Source of the DNA: Veleropilina oligotropha | Lineage: Eukaryota | Direction: 5' to 3' | DNA length: 64,000 nucleotides | NCBI GenBank assembly: GCA_048128005.1 | Contig: JBEUKZ010000016.1 | Coordinates: 62,001-126,000 of the forward strand | Part shown: in pieces, positions 62,330 to 64,000 of the stretch | Position numbering within the stretch: position 1 is the stretch's first letter | How the letters are laid out: each line of letters opens with the position of its first letter | Notes under the pieces: model-generated | What the model saw: only the letters and a program-made list of their open reading frames with translations | Told to the model about the DNA's origin: nothing | Databases searched by the model: none | Position numbers and translations under genes: made by a program

Positions 62330-64000
62330 GGTAGCTGGGACTGTCGTGTGTGTGCCGGCAGCCCTAGGGCCGAGGTTTCCCTCTCCCGCTCTGCGTACGG
62401 GAGCTTGTTGGAGGTGCTTGCCTCTTCGGAGTGGGTTAATGGCCGGGGCCTACCACCAGAAGAGGGCCATGCACGCTTGGAAGGCTTCGGGGTCCAGGTG
62501 GGCCCTGAACGCTTCCTCGAGTCGGCGGGTGGACCCCCGGGGGGTGCAGCACGCCTACTCGATGGTACGGTCCGTCAGGTCCGCCGCTCTCTGTCGACGA
62601 ATTCCGAGAAATCGTCGGCAAATAGAGTGGTGGCCGAGCAAGGCACGCATCGCAACGAGCGCCGGGTGGCCTCATCAGCGAGGTGCCTTCAAGGTAAGCG
62701 ACCCTACGAAGTAGGAGTGCGTTACCCAGGACACGTCCCGTCTCCAACGCGTTGGTCTCCATAACGGCAGCAACCTCCTGGAGGAAGGACAGGGCAGCCC
62801 ACGGGCGCCGGGTCCAACCTCCTGTAATACGGCTATCGTCCCGTCTAGGAAAAATCCTGAACGGATGACAGCCGCAGAGCCCATCGGGCGGAGCTCTCGA
62901 AAGCTTCCAAGGCGAACCCAGGAACTCTCGCTACAGAGGGAGTGTGACTGGCGGTCAGTCAACGCAACGCTGCGTCAACACGAACCGGCTCAGTCGCCAG
63001 GCACGGACCAGTACATGCGAACGGGATCGAACGCGAACTGGCCCGGAGGTACCTCCCACTACGGAACCCCGAAGGGTACTCGGTCAGTGGGGAGGACTCC
63101 ACCGGATTGCGCCCCCGACTGAGCTTGGTTGTCGAGTCAACACCCGATCAATCAGCCCAGACTGAGGTAAGGAAGAAAGCAAGGGGGCTTCCTTCTCAAC
63201 AAACCGATGCGCCGCCGTCCTGTGCTTGACCGGGCCTACATACGACCGAGTCGGTTCCGGCAGGTCAAGCACCCCGCGAAGTGACGCAACAGCGTCGAGT
63301 TCGGCGGGTGGTGGAGGTCGGCTCCTGCGTGCCTGGAAGACTACCAGCGTCTTCGGGCCCGACCGATACAGGGAGGTCGGAGTGAGTGGAGTCGAGGTCC
63401 TCGTTGGAACGAGGTTTGATCCCCACCACGGAGGCAGGAGCCGTGCTCTGCGCCACAGGCAGAGGTGTAGGTACCTGGAGCGGCTAGGAAGCCGGTTACC
63501 AGGCCCGACATCGGGACTCGAACTCCGCCGCGAACATAGCCTGGACGTTCTCTAAAGAGAAACCCGGAGGCATGACGGGCGTCGAACTAACAGCCGGTAG
63601 TTCGGTCGAAGTCACCGTGGCGCTAGGTAGACGGGCTGCATGGACAGGTGTAGCCGAGAACCAGGGTCTCGGGACACGTGTCGAGTGGTCGAACCCGAAA
63701 GAACGGCCCGGAGGCGCGTTCGGTGGGCCGGACGACCGGTAGGACTGCGGCAACAGTCCGTATCGGTCTACCACTCTGTTCGAGCGAGGCACGGACGGAA
63801 AACCGCCGTAGAACCCCGTCCCGAACGCAGCCGGTCTGTCCACGTTCTCTAGCGTGACCACGGTGGGTGCACGGGAGAGACCGGGCCCTCTGAATGTCTC
63901 GTGAGCTTCGAGGTTGAGCGGAAAACCCTTAGGGGTAGTCGCATCGTTCTCGACCGAGGATTCAGGTTTCGCCGATTGTCCGAGTCTTAGACCTACAAGT
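62330..64000 (-). pseudogene. DIRS gag-like region, broken by several frameshifts
   Basis: Abutting - strand ORF fragments in changing frames (63496-63861, 63265-63456, 63084-63272, 62675-62962, 62436-62762; ..GNALLLRRVAYL..) directly upstream of pol. Confidence 0.7.

Larger units (their letters stand above)
58147..64000 (-). mobile_element. DIRS1-type tyrosine-recombinase retrotransposon; 5' part beyond the window
   Basis: gag-like region, RT/RNase H/MT ORF, overlapping YR ORF, 3' terminal repeat and internal complementary region; sharp GC rise relative to the host sequence. Confidence 0.95.

Overview
Eukaryotic, AT-rich, repeat-dense animal genomic DNA. The repeat types suggest a marine invertebrate, which is inference only. 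Two spliced protein genes lie on the + strand. The first is a complete 9-exon BTB-BACK-Kelch (kelch-like) gene of 600 aa at 9925-19756. The second is a multi-C-type-lectin-domain gene with 10 exons and 3 CTLDs at 30435-~57912; its first exon was not found. One intact tRNA-Ser(TGA) lies at 4285-4366 (-). The rest is mostly transposon-derived: an internally deleted BEL/Pao LTR element, a near-intact DIRS tyrosine-recombinase retrotransposon (RT/RNase H/methyltransferase-like, YR, terminal repeat plus ICR) running off the right edge, one decayed L2-like LINE and three other LINE remnants, and two tRNA-derived SINE families. Many non-autonomous TIR elements are also present, with 3-, 5- and 7-bp target duplications. 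The most unusual structures are a ~54-copy array of what looks like a Helentron 3' terminus, two kb-scale foldback palindromes in kelch introns, a CAG..CTG family with strict 5-bp TSDs, and dense TAGGC(C)TA micro-insertions that look like excision footprints. All calls were made by eye; no database searches were run.
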